A stretch of 63,905 nucleotides of DNA, counting the filler, from Aduncisulcus paluster (Eukaryota): assembly GCA_024181965.1 (NCBI GenBank). It is 15 parts of 15 records of this genome, joined end to end, with 100 filler letters (N's around TTAATTAATTAA, not from the genome) between each part and the next. Parts side by side here need not be neighbours in the genome. Positions count along the whole stretch, not along the records: positions 28,601 to 46,507 come from BQXS01011604.1; positions 46,608 to 49,023 come from BQXS01011605.1; positions 49,124 to 51,863 come from BQXS01011606.1; 12 more parts are not named here. One strand, given 5' to 3'. Position numbers and translations under genes: made by a program. Positions within the stretch are counted from its first letter, which is position 1; every line of letters begins with the position of its first letter. Below, one piece after another: positions 39,066 through 50,582 of the stretch. The notes beneath the pieces are model-generated. The model saw only the letters and a list, made by a program, of their open reading frames with translations. It was not told the origin of the DNA and did no database searches.

Positions 39066-41297
39066 ATGAAAAGACGAAAGAAGACTTCAGATATTAGTGT
39101 TACTTATGAGAAAGCTGCTCAAGCCCTTGAAGATGGAGATCTTTTGCTTATTTTGGCAGGTGCTGGTTTTTCCGCCGATTCTGGCCTTGCTACATATGAT
39201 AGTATTGCATCGAATCCAATGTACTCCTCTTTAGGTCTCGATTATGCGGATTTATGTGATACAGCTTGGTTGGCCAAAGATCCTGACATATTTTTTGGTT
39301 TCTGGGGCAACTGTTATAATTCGTATGTAAAGGCAAAACCACATCCTGGATACTCTATTTTATCAAATTGGTGTGAAAAATTTAGGATTAAAAAAGATAA
39401 TTGGATAGAATCTCTTGAAGATGATGAAAGAAAAGATTGGGAGGTAAAACGTGATAAAATGCAAAGAGATAAGGAGAAAGGTAATTCCACACGAACAATT
39501 GCTGGCCAACCATCTGTTATGCAAGTTTCTGATAAGTTTCATCCTTCAAAGCATATTCATCGACTTCGAATTCAACCCCAACCTTATTTCATTGCCACAA
39601 GCAATGTTGACGGAATATTTGAAAAAAGTGGCATGTTTTCAAAGAGTTCTTTTGTTGAAATTCATGGATCCTGCCTTGACTGGCAATGTTCCCTCCCTTG
39701 TTGTGAAAAAGTGTGGCGCTTGAATCTAGATTTTCAATTTTATGTTGATAAACACTCTTTAAGAGCCCCAAAAGTAATTAAAATTGATCGTAGATCCCTT
39801 CAACGTCTTTCAAGGTCGAGCAAACATAATTCGCGAACATCTTCTCGCCCTGGTTCTTCCCTTGGCTCATCCTCAGGCCGCTATCCTCTTCTCGCCTCTT
39901 CCTCTGCTATTTCTCACTTCTCACACTCGATGCGTGCCTCTACTGTGCTCATGAAGACTGCCCATGTTCCCCATAGTAGCATTGTGGAGGATGTCGAACG
40001 AAGAAGGATGAATGCGACATTTGTCACACCTGGACAGCAATTAGCTGCTTTTTGGCAGAGTGGAACGTCTTCCCGATTGAATGGGGCCTCGACTGAATCT
40101 ACTCATTCGAGGGCGACCCCAGTATCTCGTTCCCTTGCCGCACGAATGAGGATGATGTATCAGACTGATGCTGCAAGGAAACAGCAAAAACAAGCCAAAT
40201 TAGGATCAGATGCTGCCACAAAGTTAAAAGAACAGTTCTTAAAATCCCTTGAAGCCTCCATCCAGAGCAAAAAACCTTCAGAATCGCCCACACTTGCAGC
40301 CGATGGAGCTGAAGAGGCCACAAAGGAAGGAAAAGAAAAAGAACCCGAAGGAATAGACCTTGTTCTAGACGGAGAATATACACGGGCCAAGTTCTGTGCT
40401 GCCATCACGAACAGTCAGAATAATAAGATAACACAACCTGACTTTGTTATTTTTGATGAAGAAGAGGAGGAGAGAAAAGCTCAAAAGAAATTGAAAGACG
40501 ATATAGAAGCAGCAAGGAAAGCAATCCGAAAGATGACTCCTGCCGAATTAGCTCTTCAAAGTGCTCTCGCTTCCTCTGCTTCGGCCGACATTTCCTCCGA
40601 TTCGTCTGGTTCCACCTCTCTTGATACATTCAGACGCCTTCGAAAGCAGACTCTTGAAGAATCCCTTGCACCCAAGCGGGATTATAGATATGGTGACGAC
40701 CCTGGTGTCTTTGGAGGAGTTGGGGTTGGAGATGCCACTGTCACACCTGATGTGGCCAAGACTGCCCCTTCTGTGACCGGGAGTGTCAAAGTCTTTGATA
40801 ATAGAGAGATTGAATATCGCAACCAGCCTGCTTGCCCAAGTTGTGGTCGGTTAGCTAGACCTAATGTTCTGATGTTTGATGATGGAAAGTGGCTTGATGC
40901 TGACGACACCCACTTTAAACGATGGAAACGGTATGCTACGATCGTGTGCGGTGGGAAAGGAGGATCTAAAACAGCAATCAGAGACGATGAGATGAAGAAT
41001 ATTGTAATTCTGGAGATAGGATGTGGACTCAAGGTTCCCACGTTACGAAGACTCAGTGAGAAATTATGCACGCTTCTTGGAGAGCGGTGTTCGTTGATTC
41101 GCATCAATCCAAACCACACAAAGTTTGGAAAGGGACGTACAGCCACAGACGAACCTGATGGGATGGCTGGTCGTTTCTTCCCAATTAAAGCCACAGGATT
41201 GGAAGCACTTCAAGCGATAGATAAAAAATGGGAACGACTTGTTTACGATAGAGAAATGAAATCTCGACGAGGAAAGAGAAGAGGAAAGCGATTTTAA
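39066..41297 (+). CDS. Sir2-family NAD-dependent deacylase with a large insertion
   Basis: GAGFSADSGL, TSNVDG, EIHGS, CSLPC...CPSC, RPNVLMFDD, LEIGCG and IRINP motifs. Confidence 0.9.
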   Translation: MKRRKKTSDISVTYEKAAQALEDGDLLLILAGAGFSADSGLATYDSIASNPMYSSLGLDYADLCDTAWLAKDPDIFFGFWGNCYNSYVKAKPHPGYSILSNWCEKFRIKKDNWIESLEDDERKDWEVKRDKMQRDKEKGNSTRTIAGQPSVMQVSDKFHPSKHIHRLRIQPQPYFIATSNVDGIFEKSGMFSKSSFVEIHGSCLDWQCSLPCCEKVWRLNLDFQFYVDKHSLRAPKVIKIDRRSLQRLSRSSKHNSRTSSRPGSSLGSSSGRYPLLASSSAISHFSHSMRASTVLMKTAHVPHSSIVEDVERRRMNATFVTPGQQLAAFWQSGTSSRLNGASTESTHSRATPVSRSLAARMRMMYQTDAARKQQKQAKLGSDAATKLKEQFLKSLEASIQSKKPSESPTLAADGAEEATKEGKEKEPEGIDLVLDGEYTRAKFCAAITNSQNNKITQPDFVIFDEEEEERKAQKKLKDDIEAARKAIRKMTPAELALQSALASSASADISSDSSGSTSLDTFRRLRKQTLEESLAPKRDYRYGDDPGVFGGVGVGDATVTPDVAKTAPSVTGSVKVFDNREIEYRNQPACPSCGRLARPNVLMFDDGKWLDADDTHFKRWKRYATIVCGGKGGSKTAIRDDEMKNIVILEIGCGLKVPTLRRLSEKLCTLLGERCSLIRINPNHTKFGKGRTATDEPDGMAGRFFPIKATGLEALQAIDKKWERLVYDREMKSRRGKRRGKRF

Positions 41298-41717
41298 TTG
41301 ATTTGTCAAAATTATTTCAATTTATCGATATTATTATATTATTATTTATTAGTTTATGTTCCATATATATTTTAAAACAATTTAATTCATAATTGTTTAA
41401 CCCTTTTTGCGTTTCTTTGGATATATCACATTGTCTCTCGAAAGAATAAAATTATTGCGTTTTCGATCGAAATTCATTGTATTCCAAATGTCAAAATACA
41501 AGGTTCCCTCTTAGATATATATTAAATTCACGAATATCCACACTATTGTCAGAAAAATATGAATACAGATAGTACAGATATCATGACTATTGACTGGGAT
41601 GAAGAATGGAATATTTAGCTTTGAGATTGACCCTTGATCTAAGATCTGAGAATTTTGAAGGAAAGTAGCTTATTGGTCATATCATTAGAGTTTCTTGTTG
41701 AAAAGAACTGTGGGGGC

Positions 41718-42035
41718 TTAGATTAGTTTGATTACCACCCATAAGGCAAGAATAAACAGAACAACAACCAAAGTAATTCCACAAAATGATGCATTTTTCG
41801 TATTCATTGCCTTTTTCAACTGTTGAAGCACAATTTTCAATTTATCATCAGCCCCAGACATTTCTTCAGATAAATCATCTAATTTTGTGTTTTGTCTTTG
41901 AACCGTTGAATGAATATCTTGAGTTAATAGGCGTAAATCCCCAACTCGCTCATGTAATTCATCAAGCTTCTCAAAATTATCTTCACGCATGATTTGCTGA
42001 GATTCAAGGGTAGGGGGGAGGTCTTTTGGATTCAT
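41718..42035 (-). CDS. Qc-SNARE, Bet1-like
   Basis: 105 aa from ATG 42035. SNARE coiled coil with central Q (VQRQNTKLDDL) and a C-terminal TM anchor. Confidence 0.8.
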   Translation of the reverse strand: MNPKDLPPTLESQQIMREDNFEKLDELHERVGDLRLLTQDIHSTVQRQNTKLDDLSEEMSGADDKLKIVLQQLKKAMNTKNASFCGITLVVVLFILALWVVIKLI

Positions 42036-42095
42036 ATTAGAAAATAGAATAATAATATTTGAATTATAAAACTTGTGTGTCAAGAAAACATCTCC

Positions 42096-42655
42096 TACAC
42101 CGTTGTATTGCCAGATAAGACATTCCATCATCAGAGTAAGGAAAAATAACTCAAAAATATGGAAAATACATCAATAAATAATTTAGTGGATCTTTTTTTT
42201 CTGCTACGAACTTTGAAATTTACTATCATGGCCGACACCTACAGCCAGGTGGAAAAAACAGAAAGAAAGGGGGAAAGCAAACCAATCTTCAAATAGTAAT
42301 AAGAATGATAGATATTAAATTGATATTATTCAACGGCTCCATATACTTGACCTTCCTTTGCAAATNNNNNNNNNNNNNNNNNNNNTACACCGTTGTATTG
42401 CCAGATAAGACATTCCATCATCAGAGTAAGGAAAAATAACTCAAAAATATGGAAAATACATCAATAAATAATTTAGTGGATCTTTTTTTTCTGCTACGAA
42501 CTTTGAAATTTACTATCATGGCCGACACCTACAGCCAGGTGGAAAAAACAGAAAGAAAGGGGGAAAGCAAACCAATCTTCAAATAGTAATAAGAATGATA
42601 GATATTAAATTGATATTATTCAACGGCTCCATATACTTGACCTTCCTTTGCAAAT
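42096..42655 (+). repeat. 270-bp direct duplication flanking an N20 gap
   Basis: 42096-42365 is identical to 42386-42655. Confidence 0.9.
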
Positions 42656-45600
42656 AAAATGCTATCCATTCCAATTCCGTCTCCAAAGATCCATTCAACA
42701 TTTGCTCCAAGATTTACAGTACTTTTTGGCACAACACAAAACTTTGACCGAGCCTTTTGATATGATGTTGACTGGTCTTCATCAATGATACTCACTCGTT
42801 TTGCATTGTTTAAGTATTTAAATGCCTTGATTATTCGGGAATAAGGTGTGAATGTGGCTGTTTGAGTGAAAGATGAGTAATGAACAAACATTGAATTCTG
42901 TTTATCGATGTTAAAATGGGACTTTCTCACCGGTTGAGAAGATCGTAGTCCTCCCAACTCAGCCAGAAGCAACCGAGCGCATGAATGAGATGAGAAAGGG
43001 AAAGACAAGGAGGATCGGACACCAGAAGCAAAGGAACACGATGAGAAGTTTCGACCATTCTTTTTGCGAATCCCAACACCTGCCCCATAAGCAGTTCCAT
43101 CGCTACGGCATATGGATCCCATTGTTCTGAAAGGAGCTGAGAAGACATTACGATGGGCAGAACAATCACCTCCACAATGGCCAACATGAGAAGGATCAGC
43201 AGGGACAAGACCTGAGCACATTCGAGAGGAGGGTGGGAATATCGTGCCAATTAGTTTATGTTCCGAGTTAGAACCCATTAATCTCATCTCTGCTCGTTTT
43301 GAGATGAATAGGTCAGGGGATTGAGCAACAATATCGACAACACCAGAATCCCCATTCGTGTCAAGCAATATAAACCTTTGTCTCTCATCCATTCCCACAC
43401 TCAGACCACACATAGAGCTTGATAATGACATGATATCAGACACATTGTCTCTCCGATAGAATATCTTTGAGAATTGTGGAGTAGTGAACGAAGGAATGCC
43501 GGAATAAGAAGGAATTGATGATTGAATAGCAGTTTGGACTGAAGACGATGTAATATGTGTCTTGTCTTGGCTCTGAGATCCATGAATCTTGGTACTACTT
43601 CTGTCAGTGGCAGTGGATCCTTCAATACTTTCCTTGACATCTTTGATTGTAGACACATATTGCTTGCAAAATAATGGCAACGGTGTCATTGATATTCCTT
43701 TCATCATACAATATGTCTTATTCTGGGAACAATACTTCGGTGGAAGGGATGAAACTGGTTGATCAGTGAGAGATAAGATATCACACGATTGTACGATCGG
43801 GTGGGAAGAGGTACGAACGTCACAGATGATAATGGACGAGGAAAACTTGGAAGGATTGACGACAGCTCCAAAATGCTTCGAAGATAGTGGGCAAAGAGAC
43901 GTTATGCTTCGAAGGGGAGTGGATGAAGAGGATGAAGGGTTGATTATCGAGTAAATTGGCTTTGAAAGGGATGAGCGAGAGAGATGTCTAGAATAGGAAG
44001 ATCGAGAAGTTGTTTGGTGAAATCCCATCCAAGAACTGGACTTGAGTCTCCAAACCGCGGTATTAGTCCTTGAGTCACAAATAGATACACCGTGTGAAGG
44101 TGAAGATAGATAAAATANNNNNNNNNNNNNNNNNNNNACAAAACTTTGACCGAGCCTTTTGATATGATGTTGACTGGTCTTCATCAATGATACTCACTCG
44201 TTTTGCATTGTTTAAGTATTTAAATGCCTTGATTATTCGGGAATAAGGTGTGAATGTGGCTGTCTGAGTGAAAGAAGAGTAGTGAACAAACATTGAATTC
44301 TGTTTATCGATGTTAAAATGGGACTTTCTCACCGGTTGAGAAGATTGTAGTCCTCCCAACTCAGCCAGAAGCAACCGAGAGCATGAATGAGATGAGAAAG
44401 GGAAAGACAAGGAGGATCGATAGAGCTTGATAATGACATGATATCAGACACATTGTCTCTCCGATAGAATATCTTTGAGAATTGTGGAGTAGTGAACGAA
44501 GGAATGCCGGAATAAGAAGGAATTGATGATTGAATAGCAGTTTGGACTGAAGACGATGTAATATGTGTCTTGTCTTGGCTCTGAGATCCATGAATCTTGG
44601 TACTACTTCTGTCAGTGGCAGTGGATCCTTCAATACTTTCCTTGACATCTTTGATTGTAGACACATATTGCTTGCAAAATAATGGCAACGGTGTCATTGA
44701 TATTCCTTTCATCATACAATATGTCTTATTCTGGGAACAATACTTCGGTGGAAGGGATGAAACTGGTTGATCAGTGAGAGATAAGATATCACACGATTGT
44801 ACGATCGGGTGGGAAGAGGTACGAACGTCACAGATGATAATGGACGAGGAAAACTTGGAAGGATTGACGACAGCTCCAAAATGCTTCGAAGATAGTGGGC
44901 AAAGAGACGTTATGCTTCGAAGGGGAGTGGATGAAGAGGATGAAGGGTTGATTATCGAGTAAATTGGCTTTGAAAGGGATGAGCGAGAGAGATGTCTAGA
45001 ATAGGAAGATCGAGAAGTTGTTTGGTGAAATCCCATCCAAGAACTGGACTTGAGTCTCCAAACCGCGGTATTAGTCCTTGAGTCACAAATAGATACACCG
45101 TGTGAAGGTGAAGATAGATAAAATAAGGGAGATGAGAGAGAAGAAGGAGTGGATTCATTATCGTGATATCCGCTACGACCATGTTCGAGGGTTGTTGGGG
45201 ATGATGGAGTTGTTAAGGGGAAAGGAGTGATCTTACAACCAGTGAGAGCAGAACTAGAAAAGGACGATGGTTTGAAACATTGATATATTTCATGACAACC
45301 CCTTTCAAATGTGCCTAGGGTGATTCTGCGGTGCCGTTTATCATTCTTGAAGAAATCAACAACTGCACCAAACCCACCAATATCGTTTAACCAAATTGGC
45401 ATTCCGTGATTGGATATTGAGGCTCCATTATATTCATGCATGAAAGGGATATAGGTCTGTTCAATAAGTTTTTCCTGAGAATGATAAATGGATTCGATAT
45501 CAGATTCGGTACGTTCATGTCGAAGAAGTTTAAACCGATTAGAATGGCCAGATAAAAAAGAAGAAAATGGATAAAGCTTATTTTTAATTTCTGAAAGTGG

Positions 45601-45816
45601 AATAAATCCAAAGCTATTTTGATAATTGAAAAATAGAGATTGAGCTCTAGTCCAAGAATAAATGGGGGCTGAATGGGAATTTTCATAAAGAGAAGACAAA
45701 GAAAATAATGGTTTTGACCATGTGATGAGAGGATGAAACATCCATTCGGCGAGAAAATGGAATTCAAATTTACGTTTTTTAGAAAAAACCATTTGAATGA
45801 CTCGAAGGCAAGACAA
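42616..45816 (-). CDS. Ser-rich hypothetical protein, one gene partly assembled twice
   Basis: ORFs 44329-45816 and 42616-44187 share the segment 43412-44117 = 44420-45125. The start codon is uncertain. Confidence 0.55.
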
Positions 45817-46027
45817 AAAATTAGCTGGAATGAACTACAAACTTTCAAATTTATTAAAATCGATCTGGAAGAATTTTATGAAATAAAAGAAAAAAAAAAA
45901 CGGAAATCCTCCATGTACACTATGATAACAAAATAATTACCAAGAAAGAAAACAAACATGACAGGCGAAATAATATACAACAAAAAAGTATGTGGACATC
46001 ATCTACAAATCAATATCCACTCCAACA

Positions 46028-46507
46028 CTATTCGAAAACGGCAGTTTCTCCACTTGTGACAGATGCAGCACCCATCTCTCCAAGAGAAAGACTTTCAATC
46101 ACAAATTCAGCAGCTCTAGAAGGGCTCAATCTTTCACCAGGCTTAACATTCTTCTTAATGCGTTCAAGGACATCTAACAACCTCCGTTCGTACTTGCTTC
46201 GAAGGAAAGGTCTCCGAATCTTCATGGAAGGCGTGACACATTTGTTGTCAACAGTCCATTCTTCCCATTCCAATATCACAGCTCGAGGGATTTCGAATGA
46301 TCTGAGTTTGGCCTCCTTACAGCACATAACGATGTTCTTGTGCACAAATCCAATGACTTTCTTACAATGGCATAATGCTTCCTTATCTTCGAGTGCATCA
46401 ACTTCTTCTTTTGTCATGATCTCCTCAGATACCAAACTCTCCCTCACTTCAGCTTCATCCACTTGAACAACAGCAAGCACAAAGCTCTCGTACCTGTTCC
46501 CATACAT
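46028..46507 (-). CDS. Long-chain acyl-CoA synthetase C-terminus, 5' partial
   Basis: YGN..ESFVLAVV, LRSFEIPRAVIL and WTVDN..VTPSMKIRR match the ACSL C-terminal signature. Confidence 0.85.
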   Translation of the reverse strand: MYGNRYESFVLAVVQVDEAEVRESLVSEEIMTKEEVDALEDKEALCHCKKVIGFVHKNIVMCCKEAKLRSFEIPRAVILEWEEWTVDNKCVTPSMKIRRPFLRSKYERRLLDVLERIKKNVKPGERLSPSRAAEFVIESLSLGEMGAASVTSGETAVFE

Positions 46508-47172
46508 NNNNNNNNNNNNNNNNNNNNNNNNNNNNNNNNNNNNNNNNNNNNTTAATTAATTAANNNNNNNNNNNNNNNNNNNNNNNNNNNNNNNNNNNNN
46601 NNNNNNNCAAGCACTGCCTGATTGCCGCCTCAGGCGCTGGCCAATCGATCATCCAGTTCCATTAATTACTATTGCTGTTACGATAATTTTTTTTTGCTGT
46701 CAGTAATACTGGCCCAGTAACACCAGTGGTGATATATGATGATAGACGATGTACATTGAATGCACATTCCATGGATGCTGAGTTGTCAGAGCTCTGTCAA
46801 AAGACTGTCAGAGCTCGTCTCTCTCAGTGATATAGACTCCACGACTCCGATGCAGAGAATGACGGGATTGCATTTGGTTTACTAAATAGGGAGTCCAATA
46901 TCAATGATTAATAAGAATCAAGAAACGATAACGAAGAATAATCGGTAATTTCGTTTTTATGGATCGAGATGGCCTGATAATGTATCGTATTGTTTTGTTT
47001 TATCGCTTCATTTTATCTCTCAATGTTCAGTATAGTATACTGAATCAGTATCTCATGTGCATTCATATCAGACATCTGACAAACGACTATTTCTGAGAAG
47101 ACTGACACGCGACAGACGCAAGGGAATAAAAGAACATTGTCCTTCTTTGCAGAAAATATCAGTATTATCGGA

Positions 47173-48324
47173 TTATTTCCATGGAAGTAGAGATAATCGT
47201 TCGGCTGCAATGGTTTCCTCGGACATAGTAAATACAAGGGAGTAGATGCAGAAATCTCGACGATTCTTCCTTATCCACGTTCCTTTCCCTTCAATCTCAC
47301 ACAGTACAACGTTATCCAAATCAATAGGAAGGAAGTACCATCCATATAAATGTTCAGGTTCTGTGAATTCATACTTCTTGGATGTCTTCTTACCATCACA
47401 ATCAGTGAAAGTGAAGAGAAGAGAGGGTGAACTAGTATACTTATTCACACAGATATAAGCACCTTTCATAGGACTAGGTGAAGGGAAAGGGATGGAAAGA
47501 TGGGATAAGAGTACATGATCTTCTCCTTTTAACATTTTTTGTGCATCTGAACTCTGATCATAACACACAGATTCCTTACTAAATGCATCAAGCTTGCACT
47601 TAACCATTGAGAATGAAGGATCTACAAGATGTGGATCATCTAGTAGAATGGGAATAGATTTTTTATCGAAATATTCTCCAATGTCATATTTTATACCACC
47701 TTCCTTAACAAACTCTGGTTTCACAACTGGAGTTTCAGACCATAGTTTCTCTTTAGCTTCACGAGATGTGATTTCTTCAGGAGATTCTTCTCTACTAATG
47801 AAAACAAGGGATTTGATTTCAAAATACTCTCTCTTTCTTCCTTTCCCTGTAATCTCACACAGAACAACATCGGGGAGATCAACAGGAAGAAAATACCAAT
47901 GACCACCTTCAAATTCACTAAAATCGTATTTCTTGGATGTTTTCTCACCCTTTGAAGATGTGAGAGTGAAGATAAGGTGCGATGGAGGTGAAGAATAACC
48001 TTTTAGACAGATATAAGCCCCTTTCATTGGGGAAGATGAAGAGAAAGGAATGGAGATGTCGGTAAAACGTCCATCATTCAACTCTCCTTTCATCATCTGT
48101 TGTGCTTCAAAACTCTGATCATATTTTGCCGATTTTACAAACAGTATGTTCCTGGTTTGGTCCTTTGCTTTCAACGATTTATATTTTGGGTTCATAATAT
48201 TGGGGGCATCTCGAGGAATTGGACAGCACCACTCATTTCCTTCATGAACAAACTCACCCTCATCTCCTATATGAACAAACAGAGGTTCCACAGTTTGAAT
48301 AACAGCATCTGTGGATGAACCCAT
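47173..48324 (-). CDS. Lineage-specific protein with two ~165-aa repeats (same family as 33879-36171)
   Basis: Two copies of YDQS..AQ.M.KGE...SIPF.S.SPMKGAYIC...TSKKY.F...WYFLP.DL..VVLCEI.GKG. Confidence 0.8.
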   Translation of the reverse strand: MGSSTDAVIQTVEPLFVHIGDEGEFVHEGNEWCCPIPRDAPNIMNPKYKSLKAKDQTRNILFVKSAKYDQSFEAQQMMKGELNDGRFTDISIPFSSSSPMKGAYICLKGYSSPPSHLIFTLTSSKGEKTSKKYDFSEFEGGHWYFLPVDLPDVVLCEITGKGRKREYFEIKSLVFISREESPEEITSREAKEKLWSETPVVKPEFVKEGGIKYDIGEYFDKKSIPILLDDPHLVDPSFSMVKCKLDAFSKESVCYDQSSDAQKMLKGEDHVLLSHLSIPFPSPSPMKGAYICVNKYTSSPSLLFTFTDCDGKKTSKKYEFTEPEHLYGWYFLPIDLDNVVLCEIEGKGTWIRKNRRDFCIYSLVFTMSEETIAAERLSLLPWK

Positions 48325-48982
48325 TTGAATAGAGATAGAATTTCTTATCCAAAAAAAAATAAAAACGAGCAGAATAATGAATGAATCCGGTTAAAATATT
48401 TCTTAATATACATTTAATAAAAGATGCAACATATAGTAAACATACAATTTGCTCGTTTGCCAAGAAATCGAAAAAATGTATTTCGTCGAAAAACGGATCT
48501 GAACAAGCAATTCTTCGATAGATAAGATTAGAAAAAATGGACCATTGGCGCTCAGCCGCCAAAAGACTGAAAAAATGGAGGACTGAACAAGCAACCCTTC
48601 AATAGATAAGATTGGAAAATTAAAAAAACACATATAGACGAGTTAAATGCTAGTAAATGATAAAAACATGTTTTATTTTCATTTCCATGCCAGGGTGTTT
48701 ATTCTCGATATCTCAGGCTTTTGGAGAACCCTCAGGACTGGATATAGTTCCATTTCACGTGTTAAGAACATTTATGAACGATTTCAATGCTATTCAATAA
48801 CATGGATATATTTCCATTTCATTTCTATCCTTATCCTTGCCTTTCTGTTTCATTTTCACTTGCTTTTGCTTACAATCAAAAATATCAAGAACTCGGAATA
48901 CGATGCTATACATATGTCTGTATACTGCTATGAATCTAATCCCCTGATACTTCATGGAACATGACATTTCACCGCAGTCTAA

Positions 48983-49017
48983 TCCAACTCCAACTCCAAC
49001 TCCAACTCCAACTCCAA
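48983..49017 (+). repeat. (TCCAAC)n microsatellite, about 6 copies
   Basis: Read directly. Encodes GVGVGV in an open minus-strand frame at the contig end. Confidence 0.8.
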
Positions 49018-49124
49018 TGCCAGNNNNNNNNNNNNNNNNNNNNNNNNNNNNNNNNNNNNNNNNNNNNTTAATTAATTAANNNNNNNNNNNNNNNNNNNNN
49101 NNNNNNNNNNNNNNNNNNNNNNNA

Positions 49125-49815
49125 GAGGAAAGTCGTCGCAAGGAATATTTTACTGCCCATACTTCTGTGATTGAATTTGAAGAAGAAAAGTCTCCTCCTC
49201 CTACCTCCTACAAAAGATGATTTCCAAGCCATCAGTCAATCAACAAATCAGACCATCTTCGACTCATCTGATGCAGCTATCACGAAGCCACCTGTGGACA
49301 AAGCATTTGAAGATGCATTTGCAACACAAGACGATGCATTTGCAACACAAGAAGAAAACCCCAAGCACCAAGATGAATTGGATATCTTTGATGCTTTTAA
49401 TCAACAAGAATCAGGAAACGACACGAAAGAGAAGAATGCAGAAGACGAAGAGAAGGAAGAACCATTCGAATTTGAATTTGGAGAGGAAATTGAGGAGGTG
49501 AAAGAAGAGATAAATGAGTGTTTTGAGTTTGAAAAGGAGGCCGACAGACCTGTGCAAGAAACACCAACTGATCCTCGTTCTGCATCGAAGCCGTCTGGAG
49601 TTGGTAGTCTTGACGATGCATTCAGCTTTGGTGCGTCTGAATCTGCAACAAAGAATCCAGTTGATAATACCTTTGATGGTGCCTTCGGGGAGGCTTTTGA
49701 TCAGATTCCAGTTAGTAATGAAAGTACCGAAACTGGTAAAGATTGGTTTGGGGTGTTTGATGAACAGAAACCTGTTGAGGGATCAGCGAATGATGCATTT
49801 GCTGATTTCTTTTAA
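49125..49815 (+). CDS. Acidic disordered protein C-terminus with DAF-type motifs, 5' partial, frameshifted
   Basis: Repeated DAF/EAF/GAF motifs. A +1 frame change coincides with the 7-nt tandem duplication CCTCCTA at 49197-49210. Confidence 0.55.
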
Positions 49816-50117
49816 TTCTTCTTTAGCCTGATGTCTATACTGTACTATTGGTGATCTCTCTTTTGAGTCTCGGCAGGGACATGAATGATACCAAACTGGA
49901 GGAGAGTTTCCCTGTTTCAGTAGCCTCATTAATAACGGGTCTAAGCCCGAAGCACAGTTTGTGTATATAGTCAATACTTAATTTCCCAAGGAAAGATCAG
50001 CTCTGGAACTATCGCTAACAATGTAATCAGCAATCACTCATAATTTATTAGGAAATTACACGGCAAAATAAACAGCTTATCGTTCGAAAAAGAAACATTC
50101 TTATAACCTGCGGGAAT

Positions 50118-50582
50118 TTACAATTTCATTATCATCGGAAGGAATTTTAAACCGTTCTGTTCTTGAATTTCTGATTTAGTTCTCTCAAATCCAAGTTTTT
50201 CGTAAATTGGTATGGAGAATGGAGATGCATTGACAGAAAACTCCTTCAGTTCTGGATCTCGTTCTTTACATTCCTTCAACGCTTTATAAAATAAAGAACG
50301 AGCAATTCCTTGGCGATGATATTCTTTATCAACAAACAACAAAGAAATGTGGTGATCATCGCGAATTTCTATAACTCCGACTATTTTGTCATCACAATAA
50401 GCAAGCCATGTGTTTCGAGCTTTTTGTCTCTTTAAAATATCTGTTGGTTTAATCCATGCATAAAAGAAAGCGTTTCCATGATCTGAATAATCGGGGGCAA
50501 CAAACTCATCATATACTGTTTTAATCAGACGAGAAATATCATATTCATCGCCGCGACAAAATTCTTTTAATTCTATTTTCAT
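50118..50582 (-). CDS. GNAT-family N-acetyltransferase, bacterial-like
   Basis: 154 aa with ISLLFVDKEYHRQGIAR (motif A) and VNASPFSIPIYEKLGF (motif B). Confidence 0.9.
   Translation of the reverse strand: MKIELKEFCRGDEYDISRLIKTVYDEFVAPDYSDHGNAFFYAWIKPTDILKRQKARNTWLAYCDDKIVGVIEIRDDHHISLLFVDKEYHRQGIARSLFYKALKECKERDPELKEFSVNASPFSIPIYEKLGFERTKSEIQEQNGLKFLPMIMKL

Noticed and set aside
48983..49017. Telomeric repeat at a contig end
   Set aside because: Only about 6 copies, not terminal, not TTAGGG/TAGGG-like, and compatible with a Gly-Val coding repeat.
49895..50010. Glycine riboswitch (GGAGAG, CCGAAG, CTCTGGA)
   Set aside because: The CTCTCAGG core is missing, the context is eukaryotic, and it is not 5' of a gene.
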